The position numbers and the translations under genes are program-made. From an uncultured Dehalococcoidia bacterium (GTDB lineage: Bacteria > Chloroflexota > Dehalococcoidia > Lucifugimonadales > UBA3495), in contig CATMOE010000036.1 in the NCBI GenBank assembly GCA_950072105.1, positions 1-37,615 on the forward strand: a stretch of DNA of 37,615 nucleotides, given 5' to 3'. Within the stretch, counting starts at the first letter, position 1, and each line of letters starts with the position of its first letter. This document shows, piece by piece, positions 37,510-37,615 of the stretch. The notes under the pieces are model-generated. The model worked only from the letters and a program-made list of their open reading frames with translations. It did no database searches and was not told the origin of the DNA.

Positions 37510-37615
37510 CTAGGTCCTCATGGCGCGAATCTCGTGCAGGTACTTGGCGACCAACGGAGATGCCGCGGCGGGCTGCCACTGCCTCCGCCAGTAGGATTCA
37601 TCTCCGGGCCAGGAG
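37510..37615 (-). CDS. Possible 3' end of an upstream gene, running off the window
   Basis: Open frame ..SWPGDESYWRRQWQPAAASPLVAKYLHEIRAMRT* from the window edge. No family recognisable. Confidence 0.25.
   Translation of the reverse strand, partial: SWPGDESYWRRQWQPAAASPLVAKYLHEIRAMRT

Overview
GC-rich, gene-dense bacterial window of catabolic and regulatory genes. The content suggests a Chloroflexota/Dehalococcoidia genome of the SAR202 type (inference from gene content only): two stand-alone xanthine-dehydrogenase/CoxL-family large subunits, two intact luciferase-like monooxygenases plus a fragment, two MetE-like genes, a LigB-type dioxygenase with a cupin, an SDR, an NHL/PAL-like protein and several alpha/beta hydrolases. 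Recognisable housekeeping genes are rnd and a K+-dependent hppA. I found no rRNA, tRNA, CRISPR array or transposase. Four things stand out. (1) A flavin-dependent halogenase carries a C-terminal PqqD/RRE-like domain. (2) Converging on it is an alpha/beta-hydrolase fused to an unusual AAA+-like P-loop domain. (3) A lipoprotein gluzincin has a tail of 3 x 88-aa repeats followed by 3 x 31-aa repeats, possibly nested. (4) A STAND-LuxR gene, a 7-2-7 palindrome, a small orphan gene and a hemerythrin gene form a possible regulatory module. Several genes are broken: four frameshifts in G runs (possibly sequencing errors), one apparently lost start codon, two in-frame stops and several truncated remnants, most densely at 12.7-16.7 kb. 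All calls come from reading motifs by eye; no database search was run.
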